Of a DNA stretch of 64,000 bases, positions 62,718 through 64,000 are shown one piece after another (within the stretch, counting starts at the first letter, position 1; each line of letters starts with the position of its first letter). The stretch lies in NCBI GenBank assembly GCA_963812015.1, contig CAWETI010000002.1:1024001-1088000 (forward strand). The letters run 5' to 3'. The DNA comes from an uncultured delta proteobacterium. GTDB taxonomy: Bacteria > Desulfobacterota > Desulfobaccia > Desulfobaccales > 0-14-0-80-60-11. The position numbers and the translations under genes are program-made. The notes under the pieces were generated by a model that made no database searches, was not told where the DNA came from, and saw only the letters and a program-made list of their open reading frames with translations.

Positions 62718-63290
62718 ATGCGCATCATCGCCGGTGCATTAAAGGGCCGCCGGCTGGCCCCGGTGCAAGGCAGGATCCGGCCCACCGCGGCCAAGGTCCG
62801 GGAGGCGGTGTTCAACATCCTGGGGCCCGCGGTGGTTGGGGTGAGGGTGCTGGATCTGTTTGCCGGCACCGGCGCCCTGGGGATCGAGGCCTTGAGCCGG
62901 GGGGCGACGAGCGCTTTGTTCGTGGAAGAGCACCCCGGGGCCTTGAAGGTGCTGCGTCGCAACCTGGAGGATCTGGGTCTGCTGGACCGAATTACGGTCT
63001 GGCCGCTGCCGGTGGCCGCGGCCCTGAAGAAGCTGGCCGGTCGGGGCGAGCGCTTCGGCCTGGCCTTCCTGGACCCCCCTTACGGCGGCGGGGCGGCGGC
63101 CGCGGCCTTGCAAGCCCTGGCCGATCTTGACCTCCTTACCCCCGGGGCCCGGGTAGTAGTGGAGCACAGCCGCCGGGAGACCTTGCCGGAGGTTTGCGGT
63201 CAACTGGCTCCCCTTGCGGTGCGGCGTTATGGCGACACCCAGGTGGCTTTCTATCTGAAGGAAGAACCAGCAGAACAGGAGCATGAGTAA
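62718..63290 (+). CDS. rsmD: 16S rRNA m2G966 methyltransferase RsmD
   Basis: MRIIAG, RPT, DLFAGTGALG.EALSRGA, DPPY. Confidence 0.95.
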   Translation: MRIIAGALKGRRLAPVQGRIRPTAAKVREAVFNILGPAVVGVRVLDLFAGTGALGIEALSRGATSALFVEEHPGALKVLRRNLEDLGLLDRITVWPLPVAAALKKLAGRGERFGLAFLDPPYGGGAAAAALQALADLDLLTPGARVVVEHSRRETLPEVCGQLAPLAVRRYGDTQVAFYLKEEPAEQEHE

Positions 63291-63293
63291 CTG

Positions 63294-63779
63294 ATGCCCG
63301 ATATCGCAGTCTATCCCGGCTCATTCGACCCCATCACCAACGGCCATCTGGACCTGATCCAGCGGGCTTTAAAGGTCTTTGACCGGATCATCGTGGCGGT
63401 GGCCACCAACGCCTTCAAAAAATCCCTCTTCACCATTGAAGAGCGGATGGAAATGATCCGGGTGTCCCTGGCGGATTACCCCATGGTCACCATTGACACC
63501 TTCGACGGCCTGCTGGTGAAGTACGCCACGCGTCAAAAAGCCCGGGCCATCCTGCGGGGTCTCAGGGCCGTTACCGATTTCGAGTACGAATTTCAGCTGG
63601 CCATGATGAACCGCCGGCTGGAACCGGAAATCGAGACGGTGTTTCTCATGACCGGCCTGCGCTGGGTCTTTCTGAGCTCCAGCATCCTCAAAGAAGCGGC
63701 GGTGCATGGCGGCGACATCGCGGGCATGGTGCCGGAAATCGTGTTTCACAAACTTCGGGAAAAATTTGGCTTAAAGTAA
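63294..63779 (+). CDS. coaD: Pantetheine-phosphate adenylyltransferase
   Basis: YPGSFDPITNGH, RGLR..DFEYE, SSS. Confidence 0.97.
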   Translation: MPDIAVYPGSFDPITNGHLDLIQRALKVFDRIIVAVATNAFKKSLFTIEERMEMIRVSLADYPMVTIDTFDGLLVKYATRQKARAILRGLRAVTDFEYEFQLAMMNRRLEPEIETVFLMTGLRWVFLSSSILKEAAVHGGDIAGMVPEIVFHKLREKFGLK

Positions 63780-63791
63780 GGGGCGGAGCCA

Positions 63792-64000
63792 GTGCGAATC
63801 TGCGTTATCGACGGCCAGGGTGGCGGCATCGGCGCCGCGCTCATCAAGCGCCTGAAAGAGGTCTACCGGGAGGAGCACGAGGTCATCGCCCTGGGCACCA
63901 ACGCGGTGGCCACCGCCCAGATGATGAAGGCCCGGGCCAACCGGGGGGCCAGCGGGGAAAACGCCATCGTCCGCACCGTGGCCACGGCCGATGTCATTTT
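63792..64000 (+). CDS. DUF3842-like protein, 3' truncated by the window
   Basis: MRICVIDGQGGGIG...ALGTNAVAT..M.KA.A..GASGENA. Not in the ORF track. Confidence 0.8.
   Translation, partial: MRICVIDGQGGGIGAALIKRLKEVYREEHEVIALGTNAVATAQMMKARANRGASGENAIVRTVATADVI

Overview
GC-rich chromosomal segment of an anaerobic bacterium. Gene content and order suggest Desulfobacterota (Deltaproteobacteria); this is an inference. Housekeeping genes include nnr, a CBS protein, tsaE, peptide ABC permeases, rimO, groES/groEL with a perfect CIRCE, prmA, leuD, leuB, asd, rsmD and coaD. There is a complete sigma54-driven Mo-nitrogenase cluster (nifH, nifI1, nifI2, nifD, nifK, fdx, nifE, nifN, nifB) and a heme-c sensor kinase/sigma54 regulator pair divergent from a YeiH-type transporter. 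Main finding: two genes that the ORF track splits at an in-frame UGA followed by a SECIS-like hairpin. One is selD (G-U-A-A-K). The other, unexpectedly, is a family I CoA-transferase alpha-type gene (LEYP-U-GALL), a candidate unusual selenoprotein. selD sits in a run with a TIM-barrel enzyme, an ApgM-like metalloenzyme and an NMNAT-like nucleotidyltransferase, behind a structured leader RNA, which may be an uncharacterised selenium pathway. Also seen: a solo integron-like cassette with an attC-like site, a YchF homolog lacking the P-loop, two unannotated small ORFs, a homopolymer frameshift in a polyprenyl synthase, candidate structured RNAs and several short intergenic repeat families. No rRNA, tRNA, CRISPR array or transposase was recognised. 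All product calls come from motif recognition by eye, not database searches.
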